36,900 nt of DNA from Chiloscyllium plagiosum (GCF_004010195.1 NC_057752.1:501449-538348); one strand, 5' to 3'; numbered from the stretch's first letter, positions 11,096 through 21,277 are shown. The notes: generated by a model from the letters alone, not told the origin. Made by a program: numbers and translations.

Positions 11096-11445
11096 AGAGT
11101 CATAGAAATGTACAGCACAGCACGGAAACAGACCCCTCGGTCCAACTCATCCATACTGACTAGGTGTCCCAACCTAATCTAGGCCCATTTGCCAGCACTT
11201 GGCCCATATCCCTCCAAACCCTTCCTATTCATATACCCATCCAGATGCCTTTTAAATGTTGTAATAGGTCACCCCTGAGCCTCTGACGCTCCAGGAGAAA
11301 CAGCCCCAACCTATTCAGCCTCTCCCTATAGTTCAAATCCTCCAACCCTGGAAACATCCTTGTAAATCTTTTCTGAACTCTTTCAAGTTTCATAACATCC
11401 TTCCAATAGGGAGGAGACCAGAATTGCATGCAGTACTCCAAAAGT
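11096..11445 (-). mobile_element. CR1 3' fragment with internal deletion
   Basis: ORF 11229-11489 LLEYCMQFWSPPYWKDVMKLERVQKRFTRMFPGL. The sequence jumps from LRGDL directly to the 3'-most segment at ~11263. Confidence 0.9.
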
Positions 11446-11950
11446 GTAGCAGAACAGCAATTATTATGGTCTAACCCCTCATTCAGCATAAACTATCATC
11501 AAGTTCTTGCTATATTGCGATGTTTATCCACGAGGCAAAAAATGTAACAATACAGTACAAAAAGACAAAACTCTTAGTTGTGCTTCACTTCATTCCCTAG
11601 TGGAAGCAGATATAATATTTACCATTGTTGAGTTTGCTCTGCTCTGTAAAATGAGATTCAACAAAATTTGGTTTCAGACACTCCAATGCTAACTGTGGCA
11701 GATTTCCCCTGGTCACTTAAAATTCACTGACGATTTCATGAGAACTAACACAGTGGAAATCAGCCCACCATGTTCACAATGTGACTAAGGCACAACAACC
11801 AAAAGAAAATCCTCCCCATGCACCAGAAACCACTTGGTTATAGACACTGAAGCATATTCCAGCAAGCATAGTTGAAGTGAAAGAGCATCTTTGACCATCT
11901 CAGCTCACATCCGTAATCCATTCTTAAGTGTAAAGGACAGACTCAAATTG

Positions 11951-12113
11951 GGGGCAATTTTAACCTTATTTGCTCATTAGGAATGTGTTGGGAACAGATG
12001 TAATCCTGATTTACACCCATCCAGTATCACTGTCCATAATGGATGGGGTCAGAAACTGCATCCCACGTGATCCCATAGATTTCCTGCTTCCCAAGCTAAG
12101 TTAAAATTGCTCC
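11951..12113. mobile_element. MITE with 14-bp terminal inverted repeats (TIRs), PIF/Harbinger-like
   Basis: ggggcaattttaac (11951-11964) and gttaaaattgctcc (12100-12113) are inverted with 1 mismatch. The interior is also partly self-complementary (cccatcca / tggatggg). Confidence 0.6.
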
Positions 12114-12774
12114 ATGCGAACTAATGCACAATGTGACAAAGCAGCAATCTTCTCAAATAGTTTAAGCATACTTGTAGACAGATAGCAAAGTATAGAATCA
12201 TTGATCATTCCTCCATATTCTCCTTAATAGCACCATGGAAATGGGGGGGTCTTTTTTAATCAGTTTTCCATCTTTTTGATTGGTACTGAGCCATGAATTC
12301 AGTGAGTGATTACTTCCATACTGCAGGATAACTGATATAGAAATTGTGGCATAAAAATCCCTAATCACCAAGAGTATTTTACCCAATTTAATTGAACCAA
12401 AAGACAAAACTCACAAAATCAGATTTGGCCTCAATATAAATTTCAAGAACAAAACCTGATGTTCATTTTGTCATCCTCAACATCATCAACTCTCATGAAC
12501 GCCAAGATCCTCAGCCCCATTTCCTGCTGGTCTCTCTGACATTCAGCCACTCCTCTACCCCCAGCCTAATCCCAAATTTATTTTGGTCAATTCTGTAAAA
12601 GGACCTCTCCACACTGGAACTATGTCAATTCTCATAAAGACACCAATAACCTTTCCCCTGCTGATATCAGAACAGTTCCAATGTTGAAGTTGCCAGGGAT
12701 CTTAAGCTACACCGTTTATAATATCACCCACTCAATAAAAGCAATTAAAACTATCTTTTTGTCAACAGCAACCT

Positions 12775-13140
12775 GGAAAGAGGAGGCCATTCAGCCCTTT
12801 GTACCTGCTCCACCGATTCAATTAGATCATGATTGATCGGATTCTTAATTCTGCTTAACCGCCTTGGTTCCACATCACCGAATGCCCTTACCTAACAGAA
12901 ATCAATCAATCAATCTCAGTTTTGGGAGGTATACGGAAACGGAGTTCCAGATTCCCATTCCCCTTTGTGTGTGAAGACGTGCTCCCTGGGCACCCCCCGC
13001 CGCGCTCGAATTTCTGTTCTGAAGATTCCCCCCCTCCACCAAAAAAGGGGAAAGGGTACATGGAAAGAAACCGTCAAATTCTTTTATTATTTTACACACC
13101 TTAGTTAGATCATCCTTTAATCTTCTATACTCGAGGGAAT
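12775..13140 (-). mobile_element. Older CR1 3' remnant
   Basis: Minus strand YSLEYRRLKDDLTKVCKIIKEFD, plus a 3' UTR hairpin region ggaggccattcagccc...ccattcaattagatcatg. Confidence 0.75.
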
Positions 13141-13312
13141 AACAATATTTCAATACCAGTAAATGTATATTCCCAGAAATGTACAAACGCTGTTTATTCA
13201 TTATTCCTTTAACAACTGTTAAGCCTTCGATGCAAACCCTGGTGCTGAGAATCGTGCCTCATCGGGGATATGTGAGCAGAATGTACTATCTCAGCATTTA
13301 TGCTCACTGTAC

Positions 13313-13663
13313 CTGGTCTGGTCCCTGGAAACAGATCCTGCACAATGGGCTCTCCGTGCTACTGAGAGACACCGAGTCCATCCCCGTCTGGAGGGGCGCA
13401 TTCCTCTCCTTCTCTTCCTGTCCCCCTCCAGCTCCGGCACCTTCCGTCCCGTAACAATCCTCGTCGGCCTGGGACGAGCAATTGGGGAACGGAGGCCAGC
13501 CGCATCCCGAACCAGCCAGCCGCCCTCCTCCTCCTTCCTCTTCTCCTTCCCTCCTCTGGCCCGTTTCTAAATCCTGCTCGCTCCTTTGCATCGTAAAAGA
13601 TCTCATCAAAACCAGCACTTTTAGGTCATTGAAAACCATGCGGATGTGATACTTAAACATCAT
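13313..13663 (-). CDS. MARCHF9: First coding exon of a MARCHF9-like membrane RING-CH E3 ubiquitin ligase (117 codons; remaining exons not found in the window)
   Basis: The translation MMFKYHIRMVFNDLKVLVLMRS...GSGCGWPPFPNCSSQADEDCYGTE...DSVSLSS..PLCRICFQGPDQ matches MARCHF9 hallmarks (RMFLNELKLLVL, GCGWAPF..CS, DEEEYYGSE, CRICFQGPEQ). It ends at a phase-0 donor CAG|GTACAG (GT = 13312-13311), just before where GELLSPC would follow. Confidence 0.9.
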
Positions 13664-14470
13664 TTACATCTGGTGTTTGCACTAAATCAGATGCAAAACA
13701 ACAAAAAAGTCGATTATTGATCACTGCTAAAAAAGAAACGTTTAAAAAGCCTGGCAACAAAATTCCGCGACTGAGCATTGAATTGGTGCTGCGGAAGGAA
13801 TTGCCGGTGCCATTGTAGGAGCGCATCCCATTGTCCGCGGCTTATCCGGAGGAGAGGGAGCTGCTCGCTTCTCCCGAGCCGCTCAACGCCATCCCGCTCC
13901 TCCCCAGCACCAGGCGCCGCCCGCCGGCTTCTTTCATCTTTTCTCGCCACATTCCCCAACCCGCGCACGTCTAAACCCGACGTGTGCGCGTTTCAAACCA
14001 GCCAGAGCCCTGCCTTCATCTCCTGGGCGATCCCACCCTGAGAGAAAACAGGAGCCAGGCCCGCTCTTCCACTGCCCCTTTGCACTTGTCTGAAATCACC
14101 CAGCTGAACACCTCTTCCTTCCAGTGTTAATACCTTCTATTACATCTTTATTTGACATTTTATGCCCTCCTCCCACATACCATTAAAATTTAGCAGCTGC
14201 ACGTTGACGTCGACCACGTGTGAATTTCCCGCGGAAACAGCTTCCTACTCCGTTTTAATGGATTGAATTGGACAGCGGTTTCCCGGGAGTCACATCTGCT
14301 CCCAAGCCCTTCCACGTTGTTTTTGACGGCAGTCTTCGACTTACCCGGAAAAGACAACTGTCCTACAAACTTACCTCTTTGGTAACTTTGGCCTTGGCTC
14401 ATCTGCCCGGCTGTGACTCTGTCAAAATTTTGTTTGATAATCAGTCCGTGAAGCCCCTTGCGCGTTTCTT
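13360..14470. promoter_or_regulatory. CpG island: MARCHF9-like promoter and 5' region
   Basis: The only clearly CpG-dense unique stretch in the window (e.g. ggcgccgcccgccgg, gacgtcgaccacgtg, ttcccgcggaaa). It overlaps and extends upstream of the first exon. Confidence 0.75.
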
Positions 14471-14886
14471 ATTGCAACAAGGCTACTGTATAAAAGCAAA
14501 TTGTTGGAAATTCCAACTGGTCCCATCCCGATAGGATGCAGCCTACAGACACCATCAATTCCACAAGGTCAATGCTGAACAAAATCAATACTGCACCCAT
14601 CAATCCCATCAGTTTCCTGATAAGTAGATTTGGTTGAAATACTCTTCTGTGGATCATCACCTCGAGGGAAGAGTATATTACAGCAAAATCAAATATTTCC
14701 AGAGCAGTTGAGTCTGAGGATTGGGGTTTACAGATTCTGACCAGCAGTGTATGCTATGATGCCAAAAGTGGCTTTGGAGCTTGTCTGCATAAAACAGCTT
14801 AGTCAAGTAAAATATCACAGCCAGCAGCTAATTGCAGTGCAACATAACTTTGTTATTTAGCTCTGAAAACTTCAAAGTCTGGCCTA

Positions 14887-14990
14887 GAAACAAAAGCAGA
14901 AATTGCTTGAAAGACTCAGCAGGTCTGGCAGCATCTCTGGAGAGAGATTAGAGTTCATGTTTCGGATTCAGTGACCCTTCCTCAGAACAG
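14887..14990 (-). mobile_element. PLE terminal fragment with degenerate hammerhead motif
   Basis: Same terminus as 2708-2807. Minus strand GUU CUGAGGA AGGGUCACUGAAUCC GAAACAUG AAC. Confidence 0.7.
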
Positions 14991-14994
14991 TCCT

Positions 14995-15165
14995 AGCCCA
15001 GTATAGATGCATTTAAAGAGAAAACTAGATAAACAGAAGAGGGAGAAGGGAATAGAGGGTTAGAATGGTTAATTTAGATTAGAGAATATGGGAAATGGCT
15101 GGAGTGAAGAATCAAACACATCTGTTGGACTGAATGGCCTGTCTCTGTACCATGTATCCTATGTA
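14995..15165 (+). mobile_element. CR1 3' UTR remnant
   Basis: gcatttaaagagaaaactagataaac...tgttggactgaatggcctgtctctgtac...tcctatgtaa. Confidence 0.6.
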
Positions 15166-15327
15166 ATTATAAAATATTCATGGTGTGATTGTGTTATCTC
15201 TCCAGCTGGAATACCAACAATGTGCAGGAATAATTTATGCATTTGTACTTTCAACACAGTTTTATATCAGGAGTTTTCCTGGCACTTCCCACAATGTTCT
15301 ATCCACTGAAACAGCCCCTGTGAAGAC

Positions 15328-15561
15328 TGTAGTGATTGTAATGAGGTCAGCCAGGTGGACCTCATAGAATATGAGTTCCTGACTGGCGCTGTTAATCTGA
15401 TCCAATCAGGGAGCCCTGGCTGACAGGTAAGAACAGGAGTATCAGACATCCTGTTTATTGTGAGAGCTGGCTCCGAGGGAGCTGGATCAGTGTCAAGTAC
15501 TTTGCATGTGTAGATAAAGGGTGACTTGGTGACAGTGAACTGGCCTCGTGGAGTTATTTCA
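15328..15561 (+). mobile_element. Solo LTR, same family as 6418-6649
   Basis: TGtagtgattgtaatgaggtcagcc...gagttatttCA; flanks aagac / gggac (imperfect TSD). Confidence 0.8.
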
Positions 15562-15711
15562 GGGACAATATGACCTCACTGCCCAAATAACACATTATCC
15601 AGGGGTAGATTTCTGTCGTCAGCATTCCATGCGCAATGGATATGTAGGCAGTCTAAAAATGGCAAGTTGTTTTCTGCCACACTGAAATTGTTTAATTTCT
15701 CTTTGAACTAT

Positions 15712-16410
15712 TAAGACCATAAGACATAGGAGCGGAAGTAAGGCCATTCGGCCCATCGATTCCACTCCACCATTCAATGATGGCTGATGGGCATTTCAAC
15801 TTCACTTACCCACATTCTCCCCGTAGCCCTTAATTCCTTGTGACATCAAGAATTTATCAATCTCTGCCTTGAAGACATTTAGCGTCCCGGCCTCCACTGC
15901 ACTCCGGGGCATAGAATTCCACAGGCCCACCACTTTCTGGCTGAAGAAATGTCTCCATATTTCTGTTCTGAATTTACCCCCTCTAATTCTAAGGCTGTGT
16001 CCATGGGTCCTAGTCTCCTAGTGTCCACCCTTTCCAAGCCATGTATTATCTTGTAAGTTTCTATTAGATCTCCCCTTAATCTTCTAAACTCCAATGAATA
16101 CAATCCCAGGATCCTCAGCCGGTCCTTGTATGTTAGACCTACCATTCCAGGGATCATCCGTGTAAATCTCCGCTGGACACGCTCCAGTGCCAGTATGTCC
16201 TTACTGAGGTGTGGGGACCAAAACTGGACACAGTACTCCAAATGGGGCCTAACCAGAGCTTTATAAAGTCTCAGTAGCACAACGGTGCTTTTATATTCTA
16301 ACCCTCTTGAGATAAATGACAACATTGCATTCGCTTTCTTAATCACGGACTCAACCTGCATGTTTATCTTTAGAGAATCCTCGACTAGCACTCCTAGATC
16401 CCTTTGTACT
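15712..16410 (-). mobile_element. CR1 3' end, relatively young
   Basis: ORF 15879-16466: RDLGVLVEDSLK..KKANAMLSFISRGLEYKS..LYKALVRPHLEYCVQFWSP..LRGDLIETYKI; tail cctatgtcttatggtctta. Confidence 0.95.
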
Positions 16411-16440
16411 TTGTATTGTACTTTGTATTCTGATCTGTCA

Positions 16441-16800
16441 GCACGGTGGCTCAGTAAGGGTGGCATGGTGGCTCAGTAAGGGTGGCATGGTGGCTCAGTG
16501 AGGGCAGCACAGTGGTTCAGTGGTTAGCACTGCTGCCTCACAGCGCCAAGGTCCCAAGTTCAATTCCAGCCTCGGGTGACTGTCTGTGTGGAGTTTGCAC
16601 ATTCTCCGCGTGTCTGCGTGGTGTTCTTGTTTCCTCCCATAGTCCAAAGATGTGCAGGTCAGCTGATTTAGCCATACAAAATTGCCCATAGTGTTAGGTG
16701 CATTAGTCAGAGGGAAATGGGTCTAGGTGGGTTCCTCTTCAGAGGGTTGGTGTGGACTGGTTGGGCTGAAGGGCCTGTTTCCACACTGTAGAGAATCTGA
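16441..16800 (+). mobile_element. HE1-like tRNA-derived SINE with a 4x reiterated 22-bp 5' end
   Basis: A-box gtggttcagtggttagcactgctgcctcacagcgcc, B-box region agttcaattcc, CR1-like 3' tail. TSD-like repeat tctgatctgtca (16429-16440) / tctgatcttgtca (16796-16808). Confidence 0.9.
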
Positions 16801-17008
16801 TCTTGTCATCTGTGTTTGTCTTCTTGCACACTGCACAAGCAACCTTTCTTTATTGACAACAGGTGAACATGTTTGCACAGTTGGATATACTGTTACAATT
16901 TAAGAAGATTTGTAGTAATTTTGAAATGAAATGACATTGATTCTGAAGTTCATTGTGCATTTCCTTGAAGTCATTCGAGAAGGAAATCAGAAGTTGTGGA
17001 AAATAAAA

Positions 17009-17187
17009 AAGTTAAAAATCACAACACCAGGTTATAGTCCAACAGGTTTAATTGGAAGCACTAGCTTTCGGAGCGCCGCTCCTTCATCAGGTGATAGTGT
17101 CCACTGTTAAACCTGTTGGACTATAACCTGGTGCTGTGTGATTTTTAACTTTGTACACCCCAGTCCAACACCGGCCTCTCCAAATCA
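17009..17187. mobile_element. Short PLE pLTR-derived element (partial inverted dimer) with 12-bp TSD
   Basis: Same terminus as 1709-2689. The arm aaagttaaaaatcac...caacaggtttaa pairs with ttaaacctgttg...gatttttaacttt. TSD tggaaaataaaa at 16997-17008 and 17188-17199. Confidence 0.85.
17059..17093 (-). ncRNA. Minimal type I hammerhead ribozyme, apparently intact
   Basis: Minus strand CAC-CUGAUGA-A-GGAGC-GGC-GCUCC-GAA-AGCU-A-GUG. It has a 3-bp helix I, the full core, a 5-bp stem II, palindromic AGCU in place of helix III, and a CUA cleavage triplet. Confidence 0.8.
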
Positions 17188-17254
17188 TGGAAAATAAAAG
17201 GCTGCTGGTTGGTCAATACTATTGTCAAAGTCAAAATTATTCCTTGAATGAAAT

Positions 17255-17435
17255 ACTTACATCAATATCTCCTCTTTCATGACACCAGGTCATCCCAAAG
17301 CCCTTTACAACTAGTTACATACTTTTGAAGTGTGGCCACTGTCATATTATAGGAAATTCAACAGTCTATTTGCACATAGCAAGTTCCCAAAAACAACAAT
17401 GAGATAAATGACAAAGTCATCTGTTTTTAATGATG
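17255..17435 (-). mobile_element. Deu-SINE 3' tail remnant
   Basis: catcccaaagccctttaca...acttttgaagtgtggccactgtc...atttgcacatagcaagttcccaaaaacaacaatgagataaatgac; homologous to 10670-10810. Confidence 0.6.
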
Positions 17436-18224
17436 TTTGAAGCATTGTGTCTTTTGAAAGATAGTATTTCCAACAATAATTTTTCACTTACCAGAGGGCA
17501 TGTCAACTTACATATAATGTGGATTTTTAGTCTTGCAGAAGAGACTAAATGCAAGCATCAAAGCAATGACTCTTCCACAGAGTCATTGGTCATGGGTTCT
17601 CACCCTATCCCTAGTGCAGAAGTACATTTTAAACTCCCATTCTCTGTACATGTGGAATCAGCACCTTTTCCATTATTGAGTCAGCAATTCAAGACTGCTC
17701 TAATTCTCTGCAGCCTAAACTGAAAGGTATCAATTTTCTTTATAATAATGAGTCGATATGTAGAAAGGAGATAGTGTTCAAGGGACCTGCAGTCTCACTA
17801 AATCACCTTTCTGTAAGGCATTCTGCAGCCTTTCTCTCTGAGCTACTCTGCATACATCATTGTGTGACTTTGTTAGAATCAAAAGGCCTAAGACTCAGAT
17901 AACTCGCTAACAGGGTCTAGCTTCTGAAGATCTTTCTTCCATAGATCCATGGACTTTGTGTCGATACACCTCTGATTTGTGGGACACATGGTGATGCTCC
18001 TGGAGCTATTACTCAGTTCAAGATCCCTTGCACAATAAGGGATGGCATTGGATTCTGCTGCTAATCCTGCCATCTGCCACACATTTTCATACTTTCCTTA
18101 TGTTGCCTTCAGGTGGATCTGATATTACTCATCTTTTCATTGGTAGGATTTTTAAGAACAGAGTCTGAAGGTTCAACAGTCAGTGTCTAACATCTCCAAA
18201 GCTTCCACTCAGGTATATCCTGGT

Positions 18225-18567
18225 CGTAGCATAATGGTGATGTTACTGGTCTAGAAATCCAGCACAAATACATCCCCCATGCCCACCCTCCCACCCCACC
18301 CCACCTCACCCCACTCCAGACCAGGACATGGGTTCAAATCTCACCATGGCAGATGGTGAAATTTAAATTCAATTTTTTAAAAATGTAATGGTTATTGCAG
18401 AAGCTCATCTGATCCAGTAATGTCCTTTAGGGAAGGAAATCTGAGATCCTTACCTGGTCTGGCCCACATGTGAGTCCAGACCCACAGGAATGTGGTTGAT
18501 TCTTAACTGCACTCGAGGCAATAAATGCTGGCCTAGTTTGTGACACCCATGTCCTGCGAACGAATAT
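18225..18567 (+). mobile_element. tRNA-headed SINE of a second family
   Basis: gtagcataatggtgatgttactggtctag...gggttcaaatctcacc...ggaaggaaatctg..ccttacctggtctggcc...ggcaataaatgctggcct. Other copies at 20990-21277 (-) and 25480-25660 (+). Its tail is shared with the LINE end at ~33590. Confidence 0.7.
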
Positions 18568-20109
18568 TAAAGAAAAGGTCAGGTTCTGCAGACAGGGTCA
18601 GATATTTAAGCTCTAATTCTGATTCCCTGGCTCTCTTTTTCCCTTTGTCTCTCTCCTTTTCTTTTGTGCTTCTGCCTTTAGTGGAGACAAAAAGAATGGA
18701 ATTTCCTGCACTCCATGTTTTTCTGCCTGTGAAGCTCATGGAATGGCATGAAAAAGAAGTGGAAAGGTTTTTCTTCTTTAAACGGGAACACTTAATCAGC
18801 ACTAAGTAGTTGTGGATGAAGGCCACCCCCAATTTGCCATCTGCTACAGCATTAGTTAAATTAATTGCTTGGATTTGTTTTGTCCCTTCCTTCTGTGGCC
18901 TGACTTTCTTGGGAATTGTGTACAACCCTTTCCTGAGGGAAAAAAAATGCTAGATATTGTCAATTCTGACCTGTTGAATTTGAGAACTCATATCGGGTTC
19001 ACATAGGATTCACATGTCGTGCATTCAGTGAAGGGCCACTGGTCCATTACATTGAAAGCTTCTACATGCATGGCAAGACAGACCATTTACTGTACAACCC
19101 CTTGAAGACAACATCCCATAGTTATCAAAAGAAATATAGTTGGTGTATGTTGGTAGTTGTAGCCAATCCGGCTATGCTGGCTGTTGATCATTCTTGCCTG
19201 CATCCTCTGATGTAAACAGGTCTAGCTGAGATTGATTGTTTCCACAGAAATCTCTGCAAGCATAAATCCTCTGCCAGAGCGAAGTATTGAACCTCTGTCT
19301 GTAGATATAGGTATGTGCATATTAATGAGAGTCCAAAACATATCTATTGTACAACTGGCCAGTTGACATCCTGCCACAAAATTCAGATTCTCACTGGGAC
19401 ATCACAAACTGTCCAGCGACCAGGCTTCTTGTGATTTGTACAGCAGTATATCTTGCCAATGCTGGATTTGCCCTTGGAGTGTTTGACCCCGACACCACAA
19501 AGAAAGAAAATCAAAAGTGTCACCCTATCTTGATCAGCATGAAATGTCACCAGAAATATCTAAGAAAAATGGCTTTGAATGCTCAATGAAAGATACTTGG
19601 TGCTGTCAAACAGCCAAATTAAATTGTGTTCCAAGCACTGCTGGAGAGATTCAAAAGAGCAGCTTTTTCTATGCTAGCCTCCCTTGCAGCTGCTGTGATG
19701 AGATTACCCATTTTGTGCCATATTATGGTCAATCGTGTTCTGTGAACTCAGACCTCATGGGACCCAGGCTGCGAATAAGACTGTCTGGTTCCATTTCATT
19801 TAGGACCTCAGTGAGCTGATCGGGAGAGACTTTTGTCTTCTGTGTTACAAGTGATTGGATCTCAGGTCCTAGAGGTGTAAAGAGCTTTAGCTCATTGCAC
19901 CTTGACAGCAACTTGCTGAAGGATCACCTCATTCTCAAGTTATAATTACATGGGAGATATGATTCAGCATCTGAGGTCCCAAGATTTATTTTGAAATTTT
20001 GTCTTCCGGCTAATGGTCATAAATCATGGGCTAGTGCCAAAATTGGGAAAGCTGTCTTACAGACTCATCAAGCAGCAGCTTGATAAAGTCATATTCACAG
20101 ATAAAGTTC

Positions 20110-20900
20110 TTATGTCCTATGTATCTGCTGCCCTTGTTCTTTTAGATGGTAATGGTTTTGAAAGTGCTGTCTGAGGAGCCTTAGTGAATTTCTGCAGTAC
20201 ATTGTGTAGTTGGTAGACATTGCTGGTATTGTGTGTCAATAGTGAAGGTTTGTGGATGTGGTGCCAATGGGAGATTCAGTGATGATAATGCTGTTGAATG
20301 TTAAGGAGAGATTATTAGATTCTCTGTTCTTGGAGATAGTCATCACCTAGCATTTGTGTGGTGTGAATGTTAATTGCCACTTATCAGCCCAAACTGGATA
20401 TTGTCTAGGTCTTGCTGCATATGGACATAGACTGCCTTAGAATCTGAAGGGTGGCAAATGGTGCTGAACATTGTGCAATCATCAGTGAACATTCCCCCCC
20501 ATTTCTACCCTTATGCTACTCAGCCATTCTTGATGTTGACGTTGATGTTCCTCACCCAGAGTATATTCTGTGCCCTTGCCACTCTGAGTGCTTCTTCTAA
20601 GCGGTTTTCAAAATGGAGGACCACTGTTTTATCAGTCAAGGTTAGTATCAGTAATAACAACTCTCAGGGCACCTCCTTCCTGTCTTTATATTATTGTAAC
20701 CCCACCTCTGGTAGATAAATCCTGCCAGTGGGACAAGACATACCATGGGGTGGCAATGGTTTTGTTTGGAACTTTATCTGTGAATGTGACTTTATCAAGC
20801 TGCTGCTTGACTAGTCTGTAGGACAGCTTTCCCAATTTTGGCACTAGCCCCAGATGCTCATAAGGAGGACTTTGCAGAATTGAAAGGTCTGTGTTTGCAT
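20110..20900 (-). mobile_element. Old LINE (CR1/L2 group) remnant with internal deletions
   Basis: The left end is the reverse complement of the LINE 3' end seen at 21490-21880 (aaggacaagggcagc-like). Degenerate RT segments lie in between (ccaaactggatattgtctaggtcttgctg). Confidence 0.6.
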
Positions 20901-20989
20901 TGTCATTTCTGGTGCCTCGAATAATGCTGGTAGTTTGTCCATTTCATTCTGTTTTTCAGACATCATAGGAGTCTGACACAATTAAGTGG

Positions 20990-21277
20990 CTTGCTGCACC
21001 ATTTCAGAGGGCAATTAAGTGTCAAACACACTGCTTTGGGGTCTGGAGTCATATGTAGGCCAGACCAGGTAAGGACAACACATTTCCTTCCCTAAAGGAC
21101 AGTGGTGATTCAGAAGGGTTTTTACAACCGTTGACAGTTGAAGAAAGTTTAGCTGCTATTGATTAGCTTTTAATTTCAGATATTTTAATTAATCAAATTT
21201 CAATTTGTATTCATGTCCCCAGAACATTATCCTGGTCTTCTGGATTACTAGTTAAATGACATTACCACTACACCACT
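20990..21277 (-). mobile_element. SINE, same family as 18225
   Basis: gggtctggagtcatatgtaggccagaccaggtaaggac..atttccttccctaaaggaca is the reverse complement of 18420-18485. Confidence 0.7.

Noticed and set aside
1..13310. MARCHF9 exon 2 (GELLSPCRCDGSV..WSCELC)
   Set aside because: Searched by eye on the minus strand and not found; presumably it lies beyond the left edge.
13714..14041. 84-aa (-) and 87-aa (+) ORFs in the CpG island as separate genes
   Set aside because: They have non-ATG starts, low-complexity GC-driven open frames and no recognisable domain.
6418..15561. A single full-length LTR retrotransposon between the two LTRs
   Set aside because: The left LTR has its own perfect TSD, the copies are diverged, there is no PBS or pol, and the interval holds the host exon.
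16500..16570. tRNA gene
   Set aside because: The A and B boxes belong to an HE1-like SINE head that continues into the SINE body and LINE-like tail; the same applies at 34772 and 35586.
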